A stretch of DNA of 64,000 bases. Origin: Candidatus Latescibacterota bacterium. GTDB taxonomy: Bacteria > Latescibacterota > CBDEFO01. The notes under the pieces were generated by a model. The model was not told the origin of the DNA and made no database searches. It saw only the letters and a program-made list of their open reading frames with translations. The position numbers and the translations under genes were made by a program. Shown here piece after piece: positions 50,425 to 59,911 of the stretch; positions within the stretch are counted from its first letter, which is position 1; each line of letters starts with the position of its first letter. The stretch spans positions 512,001 through 576,000 of the forward strand of contig CBDEFO010000008.1 in assembly GCA_965237525.1 (NCBI GenBank). Direction: 5' to 3'.

Positions 50425-51528
50425 TTACCTGCTTTTGTCTCTTCCGCTGATCTCCCATATATCTTCTAACTTGCCGTCTCTGATGCAATAGAATCTGTCG
50501 TGTAAATTGACAGTTCCGTCCGCGTAATGGGGATATAACTCAATCTTATCCGATATCTTCAAATCCTGTGCTGCACCTTCCAACGTTAAAATACCGTGTT
50601 CTGAGTACTTGTAGAGCTCTTGGGCGCCCTCTACGTCTTTAACCAGAGATGCCGACCTTAAGGGGTGCAAAGATTTTCTGCCGGTGTCCAGAATTGCCCT
50701 GTCTTTTGAAGGTCTCGATATAATCGTTGAAAGGACGGTCATAGACCTCTCAAATCCAGTGTCTATCTCCCAGAACATAACGTCGCATATACAATATGTT
50801 CCACACTGGAGTTCGGTTACCCCAGGTATGGTACCTGTAATATAGTATGTGCCAGTCCCTCCGCAACTTACGATCTCTACGTCTATGCCGTCGGACCTTA
50901 TCAGTTCCATACTGTCGATCAGTAGCGCTACTGACTCTTTAACTTTTTTCTCTTTCTCCTCCCCTCTGGGCAGCGATACTAGATGACTCTCATATGCCAT
51001 CACCCCTTTGAACCTGACTCCTTTCCTTTCGCACACAAACCTTGCAAGGTCCAAGGCAGGCTCACCTGGAAGGACTCCGCATCTCTCCATACCTATATCC
51101 ACGTCCACGACCAGTCCCACCTGTGTACCTTCCTCAATTGCGGCAGTTGATATTTCATTTACGGCCTCGAAGCTATCGACTCCGACAGATACCTCGACTT
51201 GACCGGCCAACTGTGCCAGACGCCTCCATTTTTTTTGTCCTGCAATCTCGTTAGCAATCAGGATGTCATCCATGCCACACTCTGCTAAAAGCTCTGCCTC
51301 TGCTAGCTTTGCGCAGGTTACGCCTATGGCTCCGGCCTCCAATTGCCTTTTAGATATCTCAGGTGTTCTGTGGGCTTTGAAATGAGGTCTGAGAGAACAT
51401 CCTGTGGCCCTTAGAAAATCGGCCATCTTTTTGATATTGCTTTCGAATAAATCCAAATCCAAAAGAAGAGCCGGAGTGTCTATTTCCATCTTGTCTATAC
51501 CTAATATTTCATTTTCTACACCTGGCAT
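50425..51528 (-). CDS. DSD1 / D-threonine aldolase family PLP enzyme
   Basis: TPALLLDL, RPHFKAHR, RCGV, GGTG, SEHG. Confidence 0.9.
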   Translation of the reverse strand: MPGVENEILGIDKMEIDTPALLLDLDLFESNIKKMADFLRATGCSLRPHFKAHRTPEISKRQLEAGAIGVTCAKLAEAELLAECGMDDILIANEIAGQKKWRRLAQLAGQVEVSVGVDSFEAVNEISTAAIEEGTQVGLVVDVDIGMERCGVLPGEPALDLARFVCERKGVRFKGVMAYESHLVSLPRGEEKEKKVKESVALLIDSMELIRSDGIDVEIVSCGGTGTYYITGTIPGVTELQCGTYCICDVMFWEIDTGFERSMTVLSTIISRPSKDRAILDTGRKSLHPLRSASLVKDVEGAQELYKYSEHGILTLEGAAQDLKISDKIELYPHYADGTVNLHDRFYCIRDGKLEDIWEISGRDKSR

Positions 51529-51801
51529 ATTTCCTCCTCAAAATAAGATGATTGTCAGAAAAAAGTGAGCTTCTGGTTTATAGTCGAACTGGCTAATAAT
51601 CTCACCGGAAAACAATATATATTCCTTTCATACGAAAATCAAGTAGTTTTTCTGCCACATTTTACAGGGTAATGTGGAAACAGATCTATCCCTTTTGTCT
51701 TATTCATAACAAGAAACCGAAGATGATCCTTGACTTTACACCTTACAGAACCTCTCAAAAAAGCTACAGGGTTTATGCGGGGCATAAATCGCTTTTATGT
51801 G

Positions 51802-51830
51802 TTGACAATCTGAGAGCAATTAATTATATT
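51802..51830 (+). promoter_or_regulatory. Sigma70 promoter for the tRNA
   Basis: TTGACA-17 nt-TATATT. Confidence 0.7.
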
Positions 51831-51954
51831 ATCTCCGGAAGTCGGGCCTGAATTCTCTGTTCTGTCTGCGTCTGGACACGCACACTCAGACTTTAGGCTA
51901 AAAGTCCACGAAATTATTTTGTGGGAGCGGTCACAAGACAACCTACCGTATAGT

Positions 51955-52033
51955 GGGCGGTTAGCTCAGTCTGGTTTAGAGCGCCTGCCTTACAAGCAGG
52001 AGGTCACTGGTTCAAATCCAGTACTGCCCACCA
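51955..52033 (+). tRNA. tRNA-Val(TAC)
   Basis: GGGCGGT/ACTGCCC acceptor stem, CCTGC-CTTACAA-GCAGG anticodon arm, GGTTCAAATCC T arm, encoded CCA. Confidence 0.97.
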
Positions 52034-52424
52034 TAAAAAACAACGGGTTACAAAGATTGAGTTGTAGCCCGTTGTTATTGTGGTGACAGATTGGTGACAT
52101 AAATCTATCTCGTATTGGGACCAAAGCCTGTCTAATCTCCCTCGGTAGTTGAAAATGAAGACGCATAGACATCTCTTCTACGTGAATAGCACATCCTTTC
52201 TTCCACCCTGTTCCCTTGAATTAATTCTATATAGTGGTTATATTTTCAGATACAAACAAGCCCTGTGCGATGTTCACGGGGCTTGTTCTTGTTAAGATAT
52301 CCATTTTCAGACAACACGCGTTTTTTCCTTGCTTTTCTGTTTAGTCTTTATTAGGTTCTATATATAGTGCACCATTGAACTGTAACACCAGATATAGGGT
52401 AACTTCAAAAACAGGAGCTAATCT

Positions 52425-53252
52425 ATGGCCTCGCCTAAACTGAAACCAAACAAAGTGAAGGAAACCGATCTCTTTGGCGTAATTTTCTTAAACGCGGGAA
52501 ACAGTAAGCCTGTTGAAGGATACTATACTTCTCTAGACGCAATACGTCCCCTTGTCGAAAGCGAAGCATGGCTAGAAACTGTCACAGGATTTTATATTAA
52601 CGCTTCGGAAGATCCCAATGATGAGAATGTTGTCAATGTTGCAAGGTTATCTTACTTTACTCGGTCTGCGGATCAGGCAATAAAAGTAGTAGAGGATTTT
52701 ATAGTTGCCAACAGGCTTGAGCATGCCAAAGACCCGGATATCCCTAAATTGGCAAAGGTTTCAGAGATATACGGTGGAGGGGAACTTCGCTTCAGAAAGT
52801 ATCTATCGACCTATACCCAAATTGGTTTAGATATAATGAAAAAGAAAGAAGATCAGGAGAACGCTCGTTATTTATTCACAACCTTTCGTTGGCAAGTTAT
52901 GAGAGGAAACAGGCCTTATAAGCCCCACTTTGAAAGAACCTTTGAAAGCGACAGCCCATTTTACAAGAAACTCTCGCCAGACCAAAAGGCTCACTTCTGG
53001 TCCGACCTATCCTTCTGGCCCAATCCTCCTCAAGTTGACTGGGCACATATGTTTGTGAACATGGTCCTCGCTCAAGACTTCCCCAATCCTCCTATCACAC
53101 CTCCGCTACCCTTCCCACCGTTGACTTCTCAAGAACTCAACAAACTTAGCCAACTCCATGATCACAGTGAACTATCTATCATTCAAATCGATGAGGAACT
53201 TATCAGGCAGCGTTTGAAGGTTCCTCAAATTCCTATACATTGGCGTCCCTGA
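52425..53252 (+). CDS. Hypothetical protein
   Basis: 275-aa ORF with AGGAG RBS; AT-rich; no family recognised. Confidence 0.65.
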   Translation: MASPKLKPNKVKETDLFGVIFLNAGNSKPVEGYYTSLDAIRPLVESEAWLETVTGFYINASEDPNDENVVNVARLSYFTRSADQAIKVVEDFIVANRLEHAKDPDIPKLAKVSEIYGGGELRFRKYLSTYTQIGLDIMKKKEDQENARYLFTTFRWQVMRGNRPYKPHFERTFESDSPFYKKLSPDQKAHFWSDLSFWPNPPQVDWAHMFVNMVLAQDFPNPPITPPLPFPPLTSQELNKLSQLHDHSELSIIQIDEELIRQRLKVPQIPIHWRP

Positions 53253-53742
53253 CAACTATCAGTTTGAAGTATGCTCCTTTTTTCTTTGTAATGATTGTTG
53301 TTTCCAACGTCTTTACTGCCCACTTTGTATAAAGTAGGAAGTGTTCCCCTTGACAATGAGTATCAAAAGGATGTATATTGAAGTAACTTGGAAACGAACT
53401 TCCCATTTAAAAGAAAGTAGGAAATATGAACAGGCAGCAACTTATAGACTCAGAATACCACCTGTCGCGGGAGGACGTGTATTCTCCGTGTTTGATGGGT
53501 CGCCCAACTCTGCTGTCTAATAAAACGCCGACGTCCAGGTAGTCTACAACTATCATCTCGTGAACGACCTTGCTGGGACTGGAGCAGAGGCTGTGATTTC
53601 TCATACTGATGCGCATCCTCGTGTCATCCGCATCGAGCGTGATGACACGCTGCATATCATTGATGCCCAATTGCATAACGTCTGGGTCGCGAAGCCACTC
53701 ATCGAGTATGTTTCTGCTACCTGACTGAAAGGAGCACAAGAC

Positions 53743-54939
53743 ATGACGAGAATCTGGAAAAAGCCCTTTTTACACGGTGCGAAGCTTGGATGTCTTTTCG
53801 GCGCGCTTGCCGCGGTAATCGGTCTGTTGGGATGTGATGATGAGGGCACGGTCGTTCGGGTCCATGAGCCGCACGGCTTGGAGCGCAGCGGAGAGCTGGT
53901 CAGCGTGCCGGTGAAAGCGGAGGGACCGCTGATGGTTCAGGAGGAGGGCGGTGACCCGGTACCCTCACAGGTGGTGGGCGACGGAGAAGAGCGATCCATC
54001 TGGTTCCCGGTGGATATAGCGGCGGAGCAGAGCCGCGTCTATCGCATCGTGCCCGGCAAGGCCCAAGCACCAGACCGACCCCTGAAGATCGAGGGCGAGA
54101 CGTCCAAGCAAGAGGATGTCTCGATCACCAACGCCTTCTTCGAGGCCAGGCTCAAGGCCCCGAGCGGAAACTTCGACCGCATCACCCTGCACGGAAAGCC
54201 GGAGATTTTCAATCGGATCGGAACGGTTCATTGGAATCCGGGTGTGAAGGCTGACCGCGGGTGGTTGCATACATACCAGTGGGATCCACCCCCGGGTCTG
54301 AAGGAGTGGCGCGGGGAGCTCGTGTTCGAGACGCGGCGCAAGGGTGATATGCCGAAATACCCCGAGATCGACGTCGATCTGCGCTACTGGTTTTCAGCCA
54401 CCGAGCCGTATGTGATCATGCAGTCCAAGACGACGATGAAGCAACCTCTGACGCTCGAGGTTCTTCGCAACGGCGAACAGGTTTTCGACCCGGATCTGTT
54501 TAGCCATGTGGCGTGCAAGGATCGACAAGGAAAGATCCACGCGGCTGAGATTCCAGCCGCAGCGGAAATGGAGTTTCCATCCCTGCCGGACGACGACTGG
54601 TTGGCGTTTTATAACCCCAAAACTGGTCACGGTATGGCGACCATACGCCTGAAAGTGGAGAACAAGGGACCCGAGGGGACGGAAGCGACCCTGCGCGACT
54701 ATAGAATGCAAATCACTCGATACGACAATTACGTCTACTGGGCAAGGGTCTTGGTCTGGCCTGGGGATGATTCGGAAACGCTCGTCCCGGCTGGCAACGT
54801 GTACTTCGAAAGGGAGGCCTGGCTACCGTTCCTGCTTACCGAGGACTCCCAGGGACGTCCGGAGAAGATGCTGGCCCCGGTTGAAGATACGGCACAACGG
54901 CTTTTCCATCCGCTGGAGGTCGAGATCATCGATCAGTGA
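53743..54939 (+). CDS. Hypothetical lipoprotein, beta-rich
   Basis: AAGGAG RBS, LLGC lipobox, VPSQ motif. Confidence 0.7.
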   Translation: MTRIWKKPFLHGAKLGCLFGALAAVIGLLGCDDEGTVVRVHEPHGLERSGELVSVPVKAEGPLMVQEEGGDPVPSQVVGDGEERSIWFPVDIAAEQSRVYRIVPGKAQAPDRPLKIEGETSKQEDVSITNAFFEARLKAPSGNFDRITLHGKPEIFNRIGTVHWNPGVKADRGWLHTYQWDPPPGLKEWRGELVFETRRKGDMPKYPEIDVDLRYWFSATEPYVIMQSKTTMKQPLTLEVLRNGEQVFDPDLFSHVACKDRQGKIHAAEIPAAAEMEFPSLPDDDWLAFYNPKTGHGMATIRLKVENKGPEGTEATLRDYRMQITRYDNYVYWARVLVWPGDDSETLVPAGNVYFEREAWLPFLLTEDSQGRPEKMLAPVEDTAQRLFHPLEVEIIDQ

Positions 54940-55367
54940 ATCTCCCGGAGGTGATCGATCGTTATCTAGTCACCTGGCAGCACTTCGCGCCCGGCGCTTT
55001 GAATTTCGATCCGCACGTGGCCGTCGTTCGCTTGTACCATCAGGTTGCATGCTTAGACTTGATCTTCGGAGCATCTGTTCTCCACAGGGAACCCCTCGGC
55101 AGCGCGTTCGAGTCACCAGGCACCTGCTGGCTTGGTGGGTCGGTCGTAGGGATACCGAGCCAGGTCAGAGCTGGTTTCAGGCTGGCTGGCCGGCCAGAGA
55201 CACTAGTAGTCTCCCACAACCTCTCCAAATAGCGAGTTTTCTGTTTGTATTGTCAGTGAAACGGAGAAGGCTCTCATCACGGAACGTCTCTTCCTCGAGG
55301 TTCTCTACTATCTGCCCAGAATTGCCTTATTATTTCGAGTGGCTATGCTGTCCGTTCGGAAAGGCGC

Positions 55368-55493
55368 TTATACATGGGAATACAGTTTGAGGCTTTGCTG
55401 GCAGGAGGTATTGGTAAGATCATAGCAGATGCGACAGCCGTAGTAACAATCTCGTGTCGGAAGATAGAGCTTGCCCACTCTCCGATTGCACAT
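55368..55493 (-). pseudogene. Zn-finger protein remnant
   Basis: CNRRVGKLYLP....YGCRICYDLT..SCQ. Confidence 0.45.
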
Positions 55494-55676
55494 GTGCAAC
55501 CTAATCTACCTGCTTTGGCCATCAAATTGCTTAGTACCCTCCCTTTGAGTGCCCCGCTCTGTCTGCTAACACAAAAGGTCCAGCTCCTGTGTGAATCGAT
55601 TAGATGACGCAGATCGCCCTAAAAATCATCATAGCAGGGACAGTCCGTTTCTTGCCATCCTTGAACCTTATACTTA

Positions 55677-56546
55677 CTATTCCACGACATATCCGCCCTC
55701 TTTCACCACGTTTACTTCGTCAGCGAAAACGGCAAATGGGAACCCTTTACACATAGCAGCAGCTCCGTATTCACCCTGCTTGTTCAGAGCCACCAAGGCG
55801 ATCCACATATTCTTGTTATTTTCCGGATCTTCCTCAAGTATCCTCCTTAATAAAGCTTTGCACGCCTGTTCGGGATGCATCCCATTTCGCATATTCTCCA
55901 CTACCATAAAGCTTGAGCAGTACCTCATAATGTCCTCACCGAGCCCTGTGGCGGATGCTCCGCCCACGTCGTTATCCATATAGAGACCCGATCCTATTAA
56001 GGGGGAGTCTCCCACCCTGCCCGGCTCCTTGTATCCAGCGCCGCTTGTCGAGCAGCCCACAGCAAGGTCTCCGTTTTGATCCCGCGCTACCATCCCGATC
56101 GTATCGTGACCTTGGCTCTTTACTTCCTGCTCCTTTTTCCACTCCTGCCACTTACGTCTGGTCTCCTCTGTCGTCAGATTCCACTTTTCGAATCCCTTTG
56201 AAAGAGCAAATTTCAGAGCTCCCTCTCCGACTAACATTACGTGGCGCGATTCCTCCATCACTCTCCTGGCCACGGAGATGGGGTGCAGGATATTCTCCAT
56301 ACAAGCGACACTGCCCGCCTTCTTACCCGGACCCCACATGATCGCTGCGTCTACCTGCACGACGCCTTCTTCGTTGGGAGTCCCTTCAAATCCCACGGTG
56401 GAATTTGAAGGGTCGGCCTCTGCCACCCATATCCCTTCCTCTACGGCGTCCAGTGCGCTCCTTCCCTGCAGGAGTACCTTCATCGCGTCTTCATTTGCCG
56501 CTTTACCGAAGTCCCATGTAGAGATCACAACAGGTGAATATAACAT
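55677..56546 (-). CDS. N(4)-(beta-N-acetylglucosaminyl)-L-asparaginase (Ntn hydrolase)
   Basis: STW, HDTIG autocleavage site, STSG, GRVGDSP, ATG.GE. Confidence 0.92.
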   Translation of the reverse strand: MLYSPVVISTWDFGKAANEDAMKVLLQGRSALDAVEEGIWVAEADPSNSTVGFEGTPNEEGVVQVDAAIMWGPGKKAGSVACMENILHPISVARRVMEESRHVMLVGEGALKFALSKGFEKWNLTTEETRRKWQEWKKEQEVKSQGHDTIGMVARDQNGDLAVGCSTSGAGYKEPGRVGDSPLIGSGLYMDNDVGGASATGLGEDIMRYCSSFMVVENMRNGMHPEQACKALLRRILEEDPENNKNMWIALVALNKQGEYGAAAMCKGFPFAVFADEVNVVKEGGYVVE

Positions 56547-56732
56547 AGGGTATCTTCTCCTCTGTCTGTTCTACTGTCTACTCTATGTAGGTACGAACCC
56601 AAGCCGCGGTGGAAGGGGAAATATGGCAACAAGCCACGAAGTCTTTCACCTAGTTTACCCTTATGTTAGGGCAGAGACGCGGGTCTTATATTCTGGTGTA
56701 CAGATACAAAGGCAGCTTGTGGATAGTTTGGT

Positions 56733-57006
56733 GAGAAGATAGACAATAAAATTGCGGATGTCAATAGAGGATTGCGGAGAACAGGGTCATTCAGTTGTTA
56801 ATCCGAGGCTGAGCGAGTCCTGCTTGGTCTTGATACGTTGCTTCGCTCCTGCTAGGGCAGCGCTGCTGAGAAAACTGAATATGCCTGAGTAATTTTGTCC
56901 TTGCCTTTTCTACAACCTTCTATTAAATTGCTCTTGGAACAAGCAAAAACACCGTGAAACACTAAGAAACATTGTGCAAGGTAAATGGCTGTTAGCGTAA
57001 ATAAAA
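56733..57006. repeat. ~275-bp element, second copy
   Basis: Inverted counterpart of 33829-34103; minus-strand TTGACA-17-TATCTT at 56764-56736. Confidence 0.8.
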
Positions 57007-57054
57007 CTGAAGGTTATAAATAATCATAAAGAAAGAAGAAAGGAGTAGCTAAAT

Positions 57055-57099
57055 CTCCAGGACCAAAGGTCGCGTGTTCGAATCTCGCAAAGACCTCCA
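57055..57099 (+). other. Degenerate tRNA 3' half (att-site-like)
   Basis: AAAGGTC-GCGTG-TTCGAAT-CTCGC-...-CCA. Confidence 0.55.
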
Positions 57100-57314
57100 G
57101 ATATAAAGAACGGTAGTACAAAGATTTACAGGGATTATTAAGGTTTTAAATGTTTCTGAATTTTTGCGGTTTGGGATACTTTTCTACCAGACACCTTAAT
57201 GCCTCACGTTCTCTTCTACCTTTTGTTGCAGTAGTACACATCATTTGCGAGCTCTTTGACATGGCTTGGTGCAAGGTGAGCATACTTTAGGCTGATAGAG
57301 TAAGTACGCAGGCC

Positions 57315-57707
57315 GTGGTCGTTCCTGCACCTGTGGAGAGGGTGGACGATGAGAAGAAGATGCTATCTACAGGCTTGCCCAGGCACCGCGATGATGAAGT
57401 GGAAAACATTGCCGTGGATGTGGCCACTCGTTCCGAGCGAAGTCGGGGATGCCCGCCTACCGATGTTAGCCTTGATGCGGAACACTACCATATCAGTTCG
57501 GAATCGGAGAGAAGGGAGAAACTAAAGCAACTCGGAGACCACGCGTGGCTCTATGTGGTTACGTTCTGCAAAGGTGAACAGCCTCGGTTTCGCATAATCC
57601 AAGACCCCGTGTCGAAATTGAATCGGGAGATGATATGCCAACAGATTCAGTTTCTCGTTACAGAGGCTGACTGGCAGCATCGAGGTATTGAGGTACAAAA
57701 TGGCTAA
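57315..57707 (+). pseudogene. DUF3883-like C-terminal fragment
   Basis: VE.IA....ER.RG....DVS, LGD.AWLYVV..C...P....IQDP; central EVKG segment appears deleted. Confidence 0.6.
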
Positions 57708-59084
57708 GAATATGCACGAAGTTAGGGACCCAATCCACATCTTCATACGGCTGGATTCTTACGAGCGAAAGGTCCTTGACTCGCTCCTTTCCAAAGGCTT
57801 CGGAATATCCATCAGCTCGGGCTGTCGCACTTCCTCTACCCCGGCGCAACACATAAAAGGTTCGAGCATTCTTTAGGCGTCATGGAACTGGCTGGTCGAG
57901 TTTTCGATATTATTACTCGGCGAGACAAGTTAACAGACGAGATCCGGAAACTCTTGCCAGATCTCGATAACGAAACCCGGCTCAGCTACTGGAGGAGCGC
58001 ATTACGAATGGCTGCTCTATGTCATGATCTTGGCCATCTACCTTTCTCTCATAGTGGTGAGGGACTGCTCCCTGTCGACTGGAATCACGAGCGCCTGACA
58101 GTCGAAATCATCCAGAGCGATGAAATGAAGCAGATTTGGAAGGAAATGAATCTTGACCCTGAGGATGTAGCGAAGCTGGCAGTCGGACCGGAAGACGCTG
58201 CTTCCTTGGGCCTTAATGACTTTTCGACGTGGGAGGCCATTCTGTCTGAGATTATTGTCGGAGATGCGTTTGGCGTCGACCGAATGGATTACCTTCTTCG
58301 TGACTCATATCATGCTGGAGTAATGTACGGCAGGTTTGACCACTATCGTCTTATTGACACATTACGAATCTTGCTACCCCCGCCTTCGAAGAAGCCAGTC
58401 AAGGTTTCAGGAACGGGAGTAGAAGGTGAGGATGAATCAAATAGATCTGATGAGAGCAAAGAGCCAATGCTAGGGGTGGAGGAAGGAGGACTTCACTCCG
58501 CAGAGTCGTTGCTGCTCGCCAGGTACTTTATTTTCTCACAAGTGTACTGTCATCCTGTAAGACTCATATACGATATCCATTTAAGAGATTTCCTCGAAGA
58601 GTGGCTACCGAGCGGGCAGTTTTCAACAGAAATCAAGAAACACCTTTCAATGACAGATGTTGAAGTCATGGCAGCTCTTCGAAATGCGTTCGATAAAGCA
58701 GGTGCGAGTGGTCATGAACATGCTGTACGGATATTAAAGAGACAACACTTCAAGGTGCTCTATAGCCGAAATCCTGAAGATATTGAGAAGAACCTAGACT
58801 CGGTCTCGGCTATCTACGAAGCCACTTGCGGGAAGTTCGGCGAAGATAATGTCCGATATGACAAATACACCCAGAAAGGAAGTGCCCCAGGTTTTCCGGT
58901 ATTGAAACAGGATAATCGCGTCGTCTCATCACTGGTAGAATCACAAACGCTGATGAACTTGCCTATTGTTGCTACAGGATATGTTTTCATTAGTCGTGAA
59001 TGCCAAGAAGAAGCAGAAGCCTGGCTTAGGGAAAACCGCGAGAACATTATTGCCGCGGAACAGACAGAGGAGGAGGAAACGTGA
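57700..59084 (+). CDS. HD-domain phosphohydrolase (SAMHD1/YwfO-like dNTPase) with a 1-nt frameshift near 57785
   Basis: RDPIH, FQRLR.I.QL, YPGATH.RFEHSLG, LCHDLGH.PFSH, DRMDYL.RD, VY.H. Confidence 0.88.
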
Positions 59085-59626
59085 AAGAAAGGGAAAGAGA
59101 AGCCGTTATCCTTGCTCTGGCGGATGAGCTAAGAAAAGGAGGTAGCTGGTGTGGAGAGACCCATCTACAGAAAGCTACCTACTTCCTGGAGGAGCTTGCC
59201 AATATTCCGCTGGACTTGGATTTCATCCTTTACAAACACGGGCCGTTTTCCTTCGACCTGCGTGATGAGATTACGGCAATGCGCGCGGACGAGCTTATGG
59301 AAATAAGCTTGCAGCCTAACCCGTATGGCCCAAGTCTCCTAACAACAGAGAACGGACACAGGTTACAGGAACGTTGGTCTGATACTCTTAGCCGGTACGC
59401 CGACACTATCACTTTCGTTGCGGAACATATCGGCGATCTGGCGGTTGCTGAGCTCGAACGACTTGCCACAGCGCTTTACGTCAGAAAGACGAATCCTCAA
59501 GAAAGCGTCCAGCTCAGCGCTCGACGACTTAACGAACTGAAGCCTCACGTATCCATGCAGGAAGCACAAGCTGCCGTTAAAGAGGTGGATAGAATGATCA
59601 AGGAATATGAGAAAGTTGATTGGTAA
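59081..59626 (+). CDS. Small protein coupled to the HD hydrolase (YwgA/wHTH-like)
   Basis: GTGA overlap; GETHLQK..YFL, F.LYKHGPFS.DL, LE.LAT. Confidence 0.75.
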   Translation: MKEREREAVILALADELRKGGSWCGETHLQKATYFLEELANIPLDLDFILYKHGPFSFDLRDEITAMRADELMEISLQPNPYGPSLLTTENGHRLQERWSDTLSRYADTITFVAEHIGDLAVAELERLATALYVRKTNPQESVQLSARRLNELKPHVSMQEAQAAVKEVDRMIKEYEKVDW

Positions 59627-59911
59627 TGTTAATTGCTGCCTCCGCCTGATTGACGTGGCATCCATTTCGGCAGATGTAGGCTGAGCAGGTTGCTCTTGAT
59701 TTCTCATAATTTCCAGCGTAATCGGCAGCCAAGCGTTGGCATTGCCCACCTGGAGAATCACAGACGGATCGTGCGAGGCTCTTACCCTATGGAGGTCGAA
59801 TCCCACAAGCATAGACTGATTGACCGGCCACATATCCTTTGATAGGCCTGGCATGTTCGGAATCCACGATTTTTCTCCATCTCCGTAATCTGCAATCCAA
59901 ATACGTGCGCA

